Source: Phormidesmis sp.
GTDB lineage: Bacteria > Cyanobacteriota > Cyanobacteriia > Leptolyngbyales > Leptolyngbyaceae
Reading direction: 5' to 3'
NCBI GenBank assembly: GCA_965248535.1
Contig: CBDFJR010000005.1
Span: forward strand, 576,001 to 640,000
DNA length: 64,000 nt
The translations under genes were made by a program, and so were the position numbers. Below the pieces are notes generated by a model. It did no database searches. It saw only the letters and a program-made list of their open reading frames with translations, and was not told the origin of the DNA. Shown one piece after another: positions 10,519-19,848 of this stretch. Position 1 is the first letter of the stretch. The number at the start of each line of letters is the position of its first letter.

Positions 10519-11007
10519 CTATTCCAGCAGACTTCTGAGCATCCAGGCAGTTTTTTCGTGAATTTGCATCCGCTGAGTTAGAAGATCGGCGCTGGGTTCG
10601 TCGTTTGCGTCATCAACGATCGGAAAAATCGATCGGGCAGTCCGCACGACAGATTCTTGCCCCTGCACGAGCAATCGAATCATCTCTTCGGCTTTAGGAA
10701 CGCCCGGAGTTTCTTCGATCGAGCTAAGTTTTGCATATTCGCTATAGGTGCCCGGTGCGGGAAACCCCAACGATCGGATACGTTCTGCAATTAAGTCTAC
10801 GGCCAGCGCTAGCTCGGTATATTGCCCCTCAAACATCAGGTGAAGCGTGTTGAACATTGGCCCAGTCACGTTCCAGTGAAAGTTGTGAGTTTTGAGATAG
10901 AGCGAGTAAGTGTCAGCCAGCAGGTGCGATAACCCTTCAGCGATCGCTTGGCGCTTTTGAGGATCAATGCCGAGGTCAATGGGCATCCCAGACGTTTGAG
11001 TAGGCAT
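10519..11007 (-). CDS. dps: Dps family protein (second paralog)
   Basis: [42 protein letters not shown]; probable ATG at 11007 after an AAGGA RBS. Confidence 0.93.
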   Translation of the reverse strand: MPTQTSGMPIDLGIDPQKRQAIAEGLSHLLADTYSLYLKTHNFHWNVTGPMFNTLHLMFEGQYTELALAVDLIAERIRSLGFPAPGTYSEYAKLSSIEETPGVPKAEEMIRLLVQGQESVVRTARSIFPIVDDANDEPSADLLTQRMQIHEKTAWMLRSLLE

Positions 11008-11137
11008 AAGATTTCCTTTGTTAATGAGTTTGTGGTTGAACGGTGCTTTAGCGTCGTCGATAGTCGCCCTTGAAAAGAGTAGCCTAAAGAGAAAATTCTG
11101 TCTCAGAATAGCGCTTCTCAACGGGTGTGACTCAGCG

Positions 11138-11428
11138 TTAGGCGAGATGTTTTTGCAGAATCGATCGCGGGGCCCGGCGCACTCTACACAAAATGGTCTC
11201 GTGCCCCAGACGACTGCACGCTTCATAGCGGTGACAGCCCGAAAACCCATAATATTGACCGTCTACTTCTAAGACATCAATGGGTTCTTGCAAACCAATT
11301 TCGGCGATCGAGGTCATCAGCGCCGCGACTTTTTCGGGATCGTTTTGTCGAAAAAGCGGGCGACGAATTTGGTTAATCGGGACTTCCTGAATTCTCACCA
11401 TTGGGTTCGGGTCGGTTGCCTTACTCAT
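11138..11428 (-). CDS. srxA: Sulfiredoxin (ParB/Srx fold)
   Basis: GLQEPIDVL and FSGCHRYEA catalytic motif. Confidence 0.88.
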   Translation of the reverse strand: MSKATDPNPMVRIQEVPINQIRRPLFRQNDPEKVAALMTSIAEIGLQEPIDVLEVDGQYYGFSGCHRYEACSRLGHETILCRVRRAPRSILQKHLA

Positions 11429-11537
11429 AAATCATACTCGTTATGACTATGAGTTGCAACTATTTTAATCCGAGTTTAGGTTAAGGGCGATCGAGGGAAA
11501 TTGGGAGAAGATTCACGATCGCAAAGGTTGGTTGAAA

Positions 11538-11649
11538 TGCCTGGAAGACCACTATGCTGAGTTAAAGGGGCATTGAGTGGTGTGGCGGAAGGATGCTGAT
11601 CTCTATAGGGTGAGGGGGGTGCGATCTGACTAGCGACAACGAAACAGTG
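11538..11649 (+). repeat. Direct repeat copy 1 flanking the ParDE module
   Basis: Aligns with 12296-12403; 33-bp identical core GCGGAAGGATGCTGATCTCTATAGGGTGAGGGG at 11585-11617. Confidence 0.92.
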
Positions 11650-11658
11650 GTGTAGCGA

Positions 11659-11964
11659 TTAAGGAGAATCTTCAAACAGGGCAGTCAAATCCTGATAACC
11701 ACTCACCACCCTGAGCACTTCAGTATCGTCGTTGAGCAGACGGTAAAAAATCAAGTACTGCTCGTAAGGCAAACTACGTGAACCAGGGTAGAGTTCATCT
11801 CGGTTGCGTCCAATTTGAGGAAACTGAGCAATCCGCTGAAGTGTTGAATCAATACCGCTCAGGAACCGTTCCGCACTGGTTAGACTGCTTTGGGCAGCAA
11901 GGTAATCTGCAATTGCTTCAATATCTCGACTGGCGCGGTGAGTAATTCGACAAGCTCGACTCAT
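11659..11964 (-). CDS. parE: Type II TA toxin, ParE/RelE family
   Basis: ASRDIEAIADY...FPQIGRNRDELYPGSRS...YLIFYR...EVLRVVSG; ATGA overlap with the upstream antitoxin. Confidence 0.9.
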   Translation of the reverse strand: MSRACRITHRASRDIEAIADYLAAQSSLTSAERFLSGIDSTLQRIAQFPQIGRNRDELYPGSRSLPYEQYLIFYRLLNDDTEVLRVVSGYQDLTALFEDSP

Positions 11965-12224
11965 GTTTCGGAGTATCGTTGGTGGAGCCGTTGACGAATG
12001 GCAGCAATCTCAGTTGCCGCATCCAGGAGATCTCCCCGTTCGGCTTCTTCGACTCCAAGCAACACCTCACGACGCAATTCTTCAAACCGCCCCTGATAAA
12101 TCTGTTCTCGCTCTGCTAAAGCTTGCAGCCCAGCCAAGAGGATTTCTTCTAGCGAGGCATATTTGCCACTGGCGATTTGGAGATCGGCAAACTGCTGTAA
12201 ATCGGGCGGGAGCGGCATGACCAT
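11961..12224 (-). CDS. parD: Type II TA antitoxin, ParD-like (ribbon-helix-helix)
   Basis: LPPDLQQFADLQIASGKYASLEE...LRREVLLGVEEAERG; immediately upstream of parE. Confidence 0.85.
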   Translation of the reverse strand: MVMPLPPDLQQFADLQIASGKYASLEEILLAGLQALAEREQIYQGRFEELRREVLLGVEEAERGDLLDAATEIAAIRQRLHQRYSET

Positions 12225-12295
12225 TGCAGTGCTGACAGAATGAATAGAGTAGCTGTAAGTTTAGTGTACTTGCTTGGTTGACGAAGAAGCGATCG

Positions 12296-12403
12296 TGCCT
12301 AGAAGACCACTGCGCGGTGTTGAAGGGGCATCAATGGTGTAGCGGAAGGATGCTGATCTCTATAGGGTGAGGGGAGTGCGATCGGCTCGACGACAGAAAA
12401 GTG
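12296..12403 (+). repeat. Direct repeat copy 2 flanking the ParDE module
   Basis: Same orientation as copy 1, 758 bp downstream; core at 12342-12374. Confidence 0.92.
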
Positions 12404-12461
12404 CTAGAGAAAGTAACGCGAGGTGCGACTAATACTTTTCTCTCAACAGAAGGCAGCAACT

Positions 12462-12704
12462 ATGGCCATAGCCAATTTTCAAGAAGCGCAAGACTATCTC
12501 AAGTTTTTGCCTGTATTACAAGGCTTGCCCAAACGCCCGTTTCTTTTGCTTTACGACTCAGAAGCTGATGTTCTTTACATTGACTTCTACAGCCCACCAA
12601 AATCTGCGAGTGATAGCGAGTTGACAGATAGTGACATTGTGATTCGCTATGACGACGATGATGAAATTGTCGGACTCACCATTCTGAATGCCAGTAAGCG
12701 ATGA
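12462..12704 (+). CDS. DUF2283 domain protein (TA-associated)
   Basis: YDSEADVLYIDF...IVIRYD...IVGLTILNAS pattern typical of DUF2283. Confidence 0.75.
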   Translation: MAIANFQEAQDYLKFLPVLQGLPKRPFLLLYDSEADVLYIDFYSPPKSASDSELTDSDIVIRYDDDDEIVGLTILNASKR

Positions 12705-12945
12705 ACACTACCTCATTGAGTTAATCCTGGTGAAGGCCCAAATATTTCGCTTGTGCTGGAAGCCGTGGCTGATGTGAAGGGGATCAGCGCCTTTGGCTCA
12801 CTTCGCGATCGCCCCCATAAAATACAATAAGCCAAACGGCGATCGCTCTTCCAGAATCACTCCCCAAGGCGGTTCCTTCCAAGAGTCTACGCCAACGCTT
12901 CTTGAAGTCCACAATCTGGCAATTAAGCACCGAGAAGCTCGTAGC

Positions 12946-13266
12946 CTACACTTCACCGTCCAAAATGCTATCGATGTCTCGCGTTGCATACAGAATACGC
13001 ACTACCTCAACGGCATCATCGCGTTCAAAGTAGAAAATCAGATGCTTTCTAAAATCCTTGGCTGCCCATTTCCGTAGACCCTGTAGGCGAGGATTTTCGA
13101 TCAGGTAAAAGCTTCCTATGCCTGGCATTCTGGCAATCTGAGCGATCGTTAGCCGTGCAGAATCAAAAAACTGTAGGGCTGCTTCAAGGTTATCCTCAGC
13201 AATGTAGGCAAAATGATCATCCAAATCCTGACTTGCCTTCGGTCGGATGATAATTCGCTTGGTCAT
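12946..13266 (-). CDS. parE: Type II TA toxin, ParE/RelE family (second)
   Basis: RPKASQDLDDHFAYIAEDN...MPGIGS...GLRKW...LIFY...VVRILYATRDI. Confidence 0.9.
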   Translation of the reverse strand: MTKRIIIRPKASQDLDDHFAYIAEDNLEAALQFFDSARLTIAQIARMPGIGSFYLIENPRLQGLRKWAAKDFRKHLIFYFERDDAVEVVRILYATRDIDSILDGEV

Positions 13267-13514
13267 GCGTCTGAATGGTGAACCCGCTTAAGCTGGGCGC
13301 GTTTCTGTTCCCACCAGTCGTGTGTTGCTTCGATGGGTTCTCCGCTGTCCAGTCCTTCTAACAGCAGCGATTCAACTCGCTTTTGTTGAGATAGCCGCTC
13401 TTCCTCTCGCAGAATCAACTGATAAACATACTCGCTAGCAGTGTTAAAGCCAGCCGCTGTTGCTTGCTCTTCGACAAATGCAAGAATCTGGTCTGGAAGA
13501 GCGATGTTCAACAT
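13263..13514 (-). CDS. parD: Type II TA antitoxin, ParD-like (second)
   Basis: MLNIALPDQ...GFNTASEYV...LLLEGLDSGEP; ATGA overlap with the toxin. Confidence 0.85.
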   Translation of the reverse strand: MLNIALPDQILAFVEEQATAAGFNTASEYVYQLILREEERLSQQKRVESLLLEGLDSGEPIEATHDWWEQKRAQLKRVHHSDA

Positions 13515-13720
13515 CAATCGTTCACCTTCAACCGTAATGTTCCTGCTCTTAGCATAGCTAAAACCAAACAATCTCTGGCGATCGCTCATTTTTTGCTTTG
13601 ATGAGACTCCGCTTCTCCATAAACGCTTAATTGATCACACGCCACAAGGCGATTGCGATCAAAAACGTATATCTTTAGACAGATAACCGCCTACAACTTC
13701 TGCACAAGCGAGGAACTACC

Positions 13721-15364
13721 GTGATCGGGACTTTAATTACCTTCAATCGGCTGTCGATCGCGGTGCTTACAGCAGTTTGTCTAATAGGGTTTGCCCCTCG
13801 ATCGGTCAGCGCTGCCACCGATGTAGAGCTACAGATCGGGGTGGTGCAACGGTTTGGAGACAAAGCCAAAGACGAGATGACCTTAAAAGCGACTCCGGGC
13901 GATCGCTTGACCTTGCGCTTCAACACCAATGGCAAACCGCAAACGCTGACGACGACGAGCCTCAAGCTAGAAACGGTGATGCAACCTTTGTCAGAAGCCC
14001 AGATTGAAGAACGAGTGGTTTTTAGCACCCATCGCAGTTTTGAGACGGCCGAAGCCAAAGCCGAGCAGTGGCACGCTCAAGGCATTGAGGTTGAATTGGC
14101 GCAGCCCGATCGCTGGCAAGTTTGGGCAAAACGCAGCACTTACAACACCCCTCTGCTGCGACGATTGTTAGTGCAAAGCCTGCAAGTCAAGGGCATTCAG
14201 ACCGCCCGGATTGACACTCAAATTCTCAAGCAGGCACTGCGCCCGTCTTTTGTGGTCAACGGCTATCGCTACACGCGAGATCAAGTGGATATCTCGGCTG
14301 AAACTAGGCAGATTGAAGTCGATCGTGAAAAAGACGATCAGCCCAGTCATACCTATCCTGGAAGTCTGCGACTCCAGCCTAATGCCTACGGTAACTCTAC
14401 CCTCGTCAATCTAGTGCCGCTAGAGATGTATGTGCGAGGGGTCGTGCCTCATGAGATTGGCGGTTGGGCACCTCAACCCGTGCTGGAAGCTCAGGCGATT
14501 CTTGCTCGCACTTATGTGTTGAGAAATCTGCGCCGATTTGCGATCGACAACTACCAACTCTGCGCCACCACTCAATGTCAGGTCTATTGGGGCACTGATG
14601 GGGCGTTGCCCTCTACCGACCAAGCGATCGCCGCAACCCGCGGTCAGGTTCTCACCTATCAAAATGAGCTAGTTGATGCCCTTTATTCTTCGACCACAGG
14701 TGGCGTAACGGCAGCGTTTGGTGATGTCTGGCGCGGCTGGGATCGTCCTTATCTGCGGGCAGTGATTGATTCGGTTAACCCAGTTTGGGATTTAAAGAAT
14801 CGCAGCCTATCCAGCGAACAGAATTTGCGCGCTTTCATCAGTCAAAAGAAAGGCTTTAACGAAGACGGCACCGACATGTTTCGCTGGCGCTATGAGAGTC
14901 CGATCGCCCAGTTAAATCAAGAGTTTCATGCCTATCTCAAAAGCATTCAACATCCCCTTGCAGCCTTTAAAACGATTCAGAATTTGCAGGTGACTCAGCG
15001 ATCAGGGGGTGGACGAGTTCTCAAAATGGCAGTCATGACAGACCAAGGCACGATCGAGCTAGAAAAAGATGATGTGCTGAATGCGTTTGAGGCACCCGCT
15101 AGCCTGCTGTTTTATCTAGAGCCACTTGTAGACTCTAATAAGGCGCTCAAAGGTTTCGCATTTGTCGGCGGCGGTTTAGGGCACGGTGTGGGGTTGAGCC
15201 AGGTAGGTTCCTATAATTTAGGCAAACTGGGTTGGACGAGCGATCGCATTCTTGGCTTCTATTTTCCGGGCGCACAACTACAGCCAATCAGCAACTCGAT
15301 CACTCTGTGGCGCGATCGCTCGTCTCTTCAAGGGCAAGTCACCCCCAGCACCAGAAGTAACTGA
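13721..15364 (+). CDS. SpoIID/LytB domain protein
   Basis: LVNLVPLEMYVRGVVPHE, AQAILARTY, CATTQCQVY, GHGVGLSQ motifs. Confidence 0.88.
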   Translation: MIGTLITFNRLSIAVLTAVCLIGFAPRSVSAATDVELQIGVVQRFGDKAKDEMTLKATPGDRLTLRFNTNGKPQTLTTTSLKLETVMQPLSEAQIEERVVFSTHRSFETAEAKAEQWHAQGIEVELAQPDRWQVWAKRSTYNTPLLRRLLVQSLQVKGIQTARIDTQILKQALRPSFVVNGYRYTRDQVDISAETRQIEVDREKDDQPSHTYPGSLRLQPNAYGNSTLVNLVPLEMYVRGVVPHEIGGWAPQPVLEAQAILARTYVLRNLRRFAIDNYQLCATTQCQVYWGTDGALPSTDQAIAATRGQVLTYQNELVDALYSSTTGGVTAAFGDVWRGWDRPYLRAVIDSVNPVWDLKNRSLSSEQNLRAFISQKKGFNEDGTDMFRWRYESPIAQLNQEFHAYLKSIQHPLAAFKTIQNLQVTQRSGGGRVLKMAVMTDQGTIELEKDDVLNAFEAPASLLFYLEPLVDSNKALKGFAFVGGGLGHGVGLSQVGSYNLGKLGWTSDRILGFYFPGAQLQPISNSITLWRDRSSLQGQVTPSTRSN

Positions 15365-15523
15365 ACAGGATGCTGGTCACTCTGACAGTACGAGGCTGAT
15401 GAGAACTGGAGGCGCGATGGACGTGTCACGAAGTCGCCAAATTCATGCCTCTTCATATGGAAGAGATCATATAAGTATAAGTCTTACTTATCTTTTGTAT
15501 TAGAGAATCTGTAGAGCCGATTG

Positions 15524-15541
15524 TTTAAATTGCTTAACAAA
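15524..15541 (+). promoter_or_regulatory. HLR1-like (RpaB) direct repeat upstream of psbA
   Basis: TTTAAATT-GC-TTAACAAA matches KTTACAWW-N2-KTTACAWW at 7/8 per half. Confidence 0.55.
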
Positions 15542-15603
15542 GAGGTTAATGTAATGACATACATTCCGTTCCACTCGGAACACACAACCCCGTAATTATT
15601 ACC

Positions 15604-16686
15604 ATGACCACCACAATTCAAAGACGCGAAAGCGCCAACCTCTGGGAGCAGTTTTGCTCTTGGGTCACCAGCACCGACAACCGCCTGTATGTAGGCTGGT
15701 TCGGGGTTCTGATGATTCCCACCCTACTTTCTGCGACCATCTGCTTCATCATCGCGTTCATCGCAGCGCCTCCTGTAGACATCGACGGCATCCGCGAGCC
15801 AGTAGCCGGTTCCTTAATGTACGGCAACAACATCATCTCCGGTGCTGTGGTTCCGTCCTCTAACGCCATTGGCTTACACTTCTACCCGATTTGGGAAGCC
15901 GCATCCTTAGACGAGTGGCTGTACAACGGCGGACCTTACCAACTCGTGGTTCTGCACTTCCTACTCGGCATCTTCTGCTACATGGGACGTGAGTGGGAAC
16001 TGTCCTACCGACTCGGCATGCGTCCGTGGATCTGCGTCGCTTACTCCGCACCTGTGGCGGCTGCAACGGCGGTCTTCTTGATCTACCCGATCGGACAAGG
16101 GTCTTTCTCGGACGGCATGCCCCTCGGCATCAGTGGCACGTTCAACTTCATGTTAGTGTTTCAAGCCGAGCACAACATCTTGATGCACCCCTTCCACATG
16201 TTGGGAGTCGCTGGAGTCTTCGGCGGTAGCTTATTCAGTGCCATGCACGGTTCATTGGTGACCTCCTCGCTAGTGAGAGAGACGACCGAGAACGAATCGC
16301 AGAATGCAGGCTACAAGTTTGGGCAAGAGGAAGAGACCTACAACATCGTGGCAGCGCACGGCTACTTCGGTCGGTTGATCTTCCAATACGCCTCGTTCAA
16401 CAACTCACGTTCCCTGCACTTCCTCCTCGGCGCATGGCCAGTCGTGGGCATCTGGTTCACGGCACTGGGCGTGAGCACGATGGCATTCAACCTGAACGGG
16501 TTCAACTTCAACCAGAGCATCATCGACTCCCAGGGTCGAGTGGTGAGCACCTGGGCAGATGTGATCAACCGTGCCAACTTGGGGATGGAAGTGATGCACG
16601 AGCGGAACGCTCACAACTTCCCTCTAGATTTGGCATCGGGAGATGCTGCACCTGTCGCACTCTCTGCGCCTTCCATCCACGGATAA
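15604..16686 (+). CDS. psbA: Photosystem II reaction centre protein D1 (Glu130 form)
   Basis: Full-length canonical D1 with MGREWELS and C-terminal [13 protein letters not shown]. Confidence 0.99.
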   Translation: MTTTIQRRESANLWEQFCSWVTSTDNRLYVGWFGVLMIPTLLSATICFIIAFIAAPPVDIDGIREPVAGSLMYGNNIISGAVVPSSNAIGLHFYPIWEAASLDEWLYNGGPYQLVVLHFLLGIFCYMGREWELSYRLGMRPWICVAYSAPVAAATAVFLIYPIGQGSFSDGMPLGISGTFNFMLVFQAEHNILMHPFHMLGVAGVFGGSLFSAMHGSLVTSSLVRETTENESQNAGYKFGQEEETYNIVAAHGYFGRLIFQYASFNNSRSLHFLLGAWPVVGIWFTALGVSTMAFNLNGFNFNQSIIDSQGRVVSTWADVINRANLGMEVMHERNAHNFPLDLASGDAAPVALSAPSIHG

Positions 16687-16715
16687 TCTCAGCTTCGGTT
16701 GAGTGAGTCTGAATC

Positions 16716-16749
16716 AAAAAAGCCCTCCGCATTACGTGGAGGGCTTTTT
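16716..16749 (+). terminator. Intrinsic terminator of psbA
   Basis: AAAAAGCCCTCCGC-ATTAC-GTGGAGGGCTTTTT. Confidence 0.9.
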
Positions 16750-16851
16750 GCTGGAGTGACGTTTATGACAAGGAGGATTTTGGAGGAAACTTAGACTTTT
16801 GCTGGGCACGATCGTAGACTGCAAGAAAGGTTTTATCTTGCATTTACCGTC

Positions 16852-19767
16852 ATGACGCTCACGCAAGTCTGGGGTTCATTGGTAATCTTTCTCGTCTGTC
16901 CAATTTTAGGAGGTCTGCCTCTGATTGATTGGATCACGTATGGAATTACCAGAAAACAGTTGAAAAAACTCGGCACCCGAAATGTAAGTGTCTCGGCTGC
17001 TTTTTATCATGGCGGGCGGCTAGTCGGAATTTTAGCCGTTTTGTCGGAGGCGCTGAAGGGAGTTGCGGCCGTTTTGCTGGCTCGTGCTTTCTTTCCTGAT
17101 CACCCTGAGTGGGAGATCATCGGACTGATTGCCTTGGTGTTTGGGCGCTATTGGGCTAGCAGCGGAGCAGGCACGACGAATGTGGTTTGGGGTTACACAG
17201 TGCATGATCCGATTTCTGCGCTGCTGATTTTTTTGATCGGAGGTATCGGGTTTACGATTTTTCGAGAGCGTCGCCAGGGTCGAGTTGGCATTCTAATCTT
17301 GTTTCCTTTAATCACGGCGCTTCGACATTCTCAAGACTCTGCGCTGATGGTGATGACGATCGTGTTGGCGGGTCTCTTGGGATGGATTTACAAGAAAATT
17401 CCCGACGATTTAGACATGAAGACTGAAGCGGCGCAACAAAATTCTCAGTCGATGTTCAAGTTTTTTCGAGGCGATCGCGCTCTGGTCTCTCTGGATCAAC
17501 CGTTGTTGCCCGATAAAGCAGGCGGAAAGGCGGCGATTCTGTCGGCTCTCAAGCGATCGGGCTATCTGGTGCCAGAGGGATGGGTTTTGTTTCCGGGTGA
17601 TGACCCTGCGCCTTTGATTGAGTTTCTGCAACCTTCTGAGGCAGAGCCTTGGGTGGTGCGATCGTCGGCGATCGGGGAGGATTCTGAGGCGGCTTCGGCG
17701 GCGGGACAATATCGGACTATTTTGGGTGTGACGCGCCGAGAAGATTTGCGGCCCGCGATCGCGCAATGCCTAGAGTCTTATGATCAGGCTTCAGCCGTTC
17801 ACTATCGTCGCGATCGCGGATTGTCTGATACATCAATGGTGGTGCTAGTTCAAAAGCAGATTCGGGGCGTGTTTTCTGGAGTGGCGTTTAGTCGCGATCC
17901 CGTCTCTCGACAAGGGAACGCGGTGGTGGTTGAAGCGCTGCCGGGCGATGCAGAATCGGTCGTATCGGGACGGGTGACTCCAGAGGCTTATGAGATTCAA
18001 GTCTCTGAGTCTCTGGCACGAGATGGGAATTGGGTTTTACCGGATGAGGTGATCCTAGAAGTTACAGGAACAGGCACTATTCCACTGCGATTAGTTCAGC
18101 AGGTTGCATTTCTGGCCCGCTGTCTTGAGACTCAGTTTCACGGCGTTCCTCAAGACGTGGAGTGGACTTATGATGGTCAATCGTTGTGGGTGTTGCAGTC
18201 TCGACCCATCACAACGCTGCTGCCGATTTGGACTCGTAAAATCGCGGCGGAGGTGATTCCTGGATTGATTCGTCCGCTTACTTGGTCGATCAATCGGCCG
18301 TTAACCTGTGGCGTTTGGGGAGAGATTTTTACGATCGTGCTGGGCGATCGCGCTCAAGGACTTGATTTTAATGACACGGCAACGCTGCACTACTCTCGCG
18401 CCTATTTTAATGCGTCACTGCTGGGGCAGCTTTTTCGACGCATGGGGTTGCCGCCTGAGAGCTTAGAATTTCTCACGCGAGGGGCAGCGTTTAGCAAGCC
18501 TCCGGTGCAGTCAACGCTTCGCAATCTACCGGGACTGCTGCGATTAATCGGTCACGAATGGCAGCTTGAGCAGAGGTTTGATCGAGACGATCGCCGCCAA
18601 TTTTCCCCGTTTCTCCATCAGGCTGCGCTGCATCCTGCGGCTGATCTGTCTGTCTCAAGTTTGGTAGAACGAGTGGATCTCATTTTAGAGTTGCTCAAAA
18701 CGGCCACTTTTTACAGCATTTTGGCTCCGTTGAGTGCGGCCCTGAGAAAGTCAATCCTGCGAGTTAAAGATGAACAGATTGATCAAGGAGACACACCAGA
18801 GGTAGCGGCACTGCGATCGCTGCAAGCATTAGCGATCGTAGGTCATAAATACTTAACGCACAATCAATGGATGAATTCTACAGATAAATCTTTAGCTGGC
18901 AGTTTAGACATTTTTGAACTGCTAAATAGAACGGCGAATGGACAGGAAATTCTCGATCAATTTAATCAAATCTTAAATCGATATGGCTATCTAAGCGAGG
19001 TCGGAACCGATATCGCCGTGCCTACCTGGAGAGAAAATTCACAGCCTGTTCGAGATTTATTTGCCCAGTTTTGCTTGAATCCGCCAGTTAGATCAGACTT
19101 CGTTAAGTCGCGTAAACCTGGATTTGTTCAGCGGCGGTTTAGCCTCAAAGGGCGAGTCACCGAGGTTTATAGTCAGCTATTGGCAGAGTTGCGATGGAGT
19201 TTTGTGGCGTTAGAACTGGATTGGCTGCGATCGGGCAAACTTTCTCAACCGGGTGATATTTTCTTCTTAGAGTTAAAAGAAATCCGGCAAGCCGCGCATC
19301 TTGATCACAAGACCCTTGATCAGATTCCGCAAGCGATCGCGCACCGTCGATCGCGCTTTCAGACCGATGATCAGCTTGAGTCAGTTCCGGCCATGGTCTA
19401 CGGAGACGATCCCCCAACTCCCAGGTTGCAAAATTGGCAAGCTTCGCAGCAGTTGCAGGGCATTGGAGCCAGCCCCGGACAGGTCGAAGGACGCATTAAA
19501 ATCCTGCGATCGCTGTCGGCAACCGTCACAGACCTCGATCGAGACACTATTCTCGTGGTGCCTTATACAGATTCTGGCTGGGCACCGCTTTTGGCCAGAG
19601 TGGGGGGTCTGATTGCAGAAGTTGGCGGTCGATTGTCGCACGGGGCGATCGTCGCTCGTGAATATCGCATTCCTGCCGTGATGGATGTTCACAACGCAAC
19701 CCATCTTTTGCGCGATGGGCAGTTTGTTCGCATTGATGGCCAAAGCGGAACGATCGAGATTTTGTAG
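16852..19767 (+). CDS. PlsY-like membrane domain fused to a PEP-utilising/dikinase-like enzyme (ATP-grasp + central domain + C-terminal phospho-His domain)
   Basis: N-terminal TM region with SEALKG; GGKAA, VRSSAIGED, SAAGQY, QDVEW, LQSRPIT; C-terminal GGRLSHGAIVAREYRIPAV. Confidence 0.85.
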   Translation: MTLTQVWGSLVIFLVCPILGGLPLIDWITYGITRKQLKKLGTRNVSVSAAFYHGGRLVGILAVLSEALKGVAAVLLARAFFPDHPEWEIIGLIALVFGRYWASSGAGTTNVVWGYTVHDPISALLIFLIGGIGFTIFRERRQGRVGILILFPLITALRHSQDSALMVMTIVLAGLLGWIYKKIPDDLDMKTEAAQQNSQSMFKFFRGDRALVSLDQPLLPDKAGGKAAILSALKRSGYLVPEGWVLFPGDDPAPLIEFLQPSEAEPWVVRSSAIGEDSEAASAAGQYRTILGVTRREDLRPAIAQCLESYDQASAVHYRRDRGLSDTSMVVLVQKQIRGVFSGVAFSRDPVSRQGNAVVVEALPGDAESVVSGRVTPEAYEIQVSESLARDGNWVLPDEVILEVTGTGTIPLRLVQQVAFLARCLETQFHGVPQDVEWTYDGQSLWVLQSRPITTLLPIWTRKIAAEVIPGLIRPLTWSINRPLTCGVWGEIFTIVLGDRAQGLDFNDTATLHYSRAYFNASLLGQLFRRMGLPPESLEFLTRGAAFSKPPVQSTLRNLPGLLRLIGHEWQLEQRFDRDDRRQFSPFLHQAALHPAADLSVSSLVERVDLILELLKTATFYSILAPLSAALRKSILRVKDEQIDQGDTPEVAALRSLQALAIVGHKYLTHNQWMNSTDKSLAGSLDIFELLNRTANGQEILDQFNQILNRYGYLSEVGTDIAVPTWRENSQPVRDLFAQFCLNPPVRSDFVKSRKPGFVQRRFSLKGRVTEVYSQLLAELRWSFVALELDWLRSGKLSQPGDIFFLELKEIRQAAHLDHKTLDQIPQAIAHRRSRFQTDDQLESVPAMVYGDDPPTPRLQNWQASQQLQGIGASPGQVEGRIKILRSLSATVTDLDRDTILVVPYTDSGWAPLLARVGGLIAEVGGRLSHGAIVAREYRIPAVMDVHNATHLLRDGQFVRIDGQSGTIEIL

Positions 19768-19848
19768 CCTACAGAACCTCCTTTAGAGGCTCATCAAATC
19801 GTCGTCGATAAGGTAGGCTGTTTTCTAGCGTTCTAACGAGTTTTTGGC

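Noticed and set aside
11008..11250. N-terminal extension of Dps given in the ORF track (likewise for ParD2, CoaE, ClpR, Pnp and PsbC)
   Set aside because: The extensions overlap neighbouring genes or lack family similarity; downstream starts fit better.
11538..12403. Integron attC sites as the explanation for the ParDE-flanking repeats
   Set aside because: The repeats are not palindromic, lack RYYYAAC/GTTRRRY ends, and no intI is present.
12793..13077. ORFs 12793-13077 (+) and 12798-12989 (-), and the many short ORFs antisense to or nested in long genes
   Set aside because: They overlap well-supported genes and have no recognisable motifs; treated as shadow ORFs.
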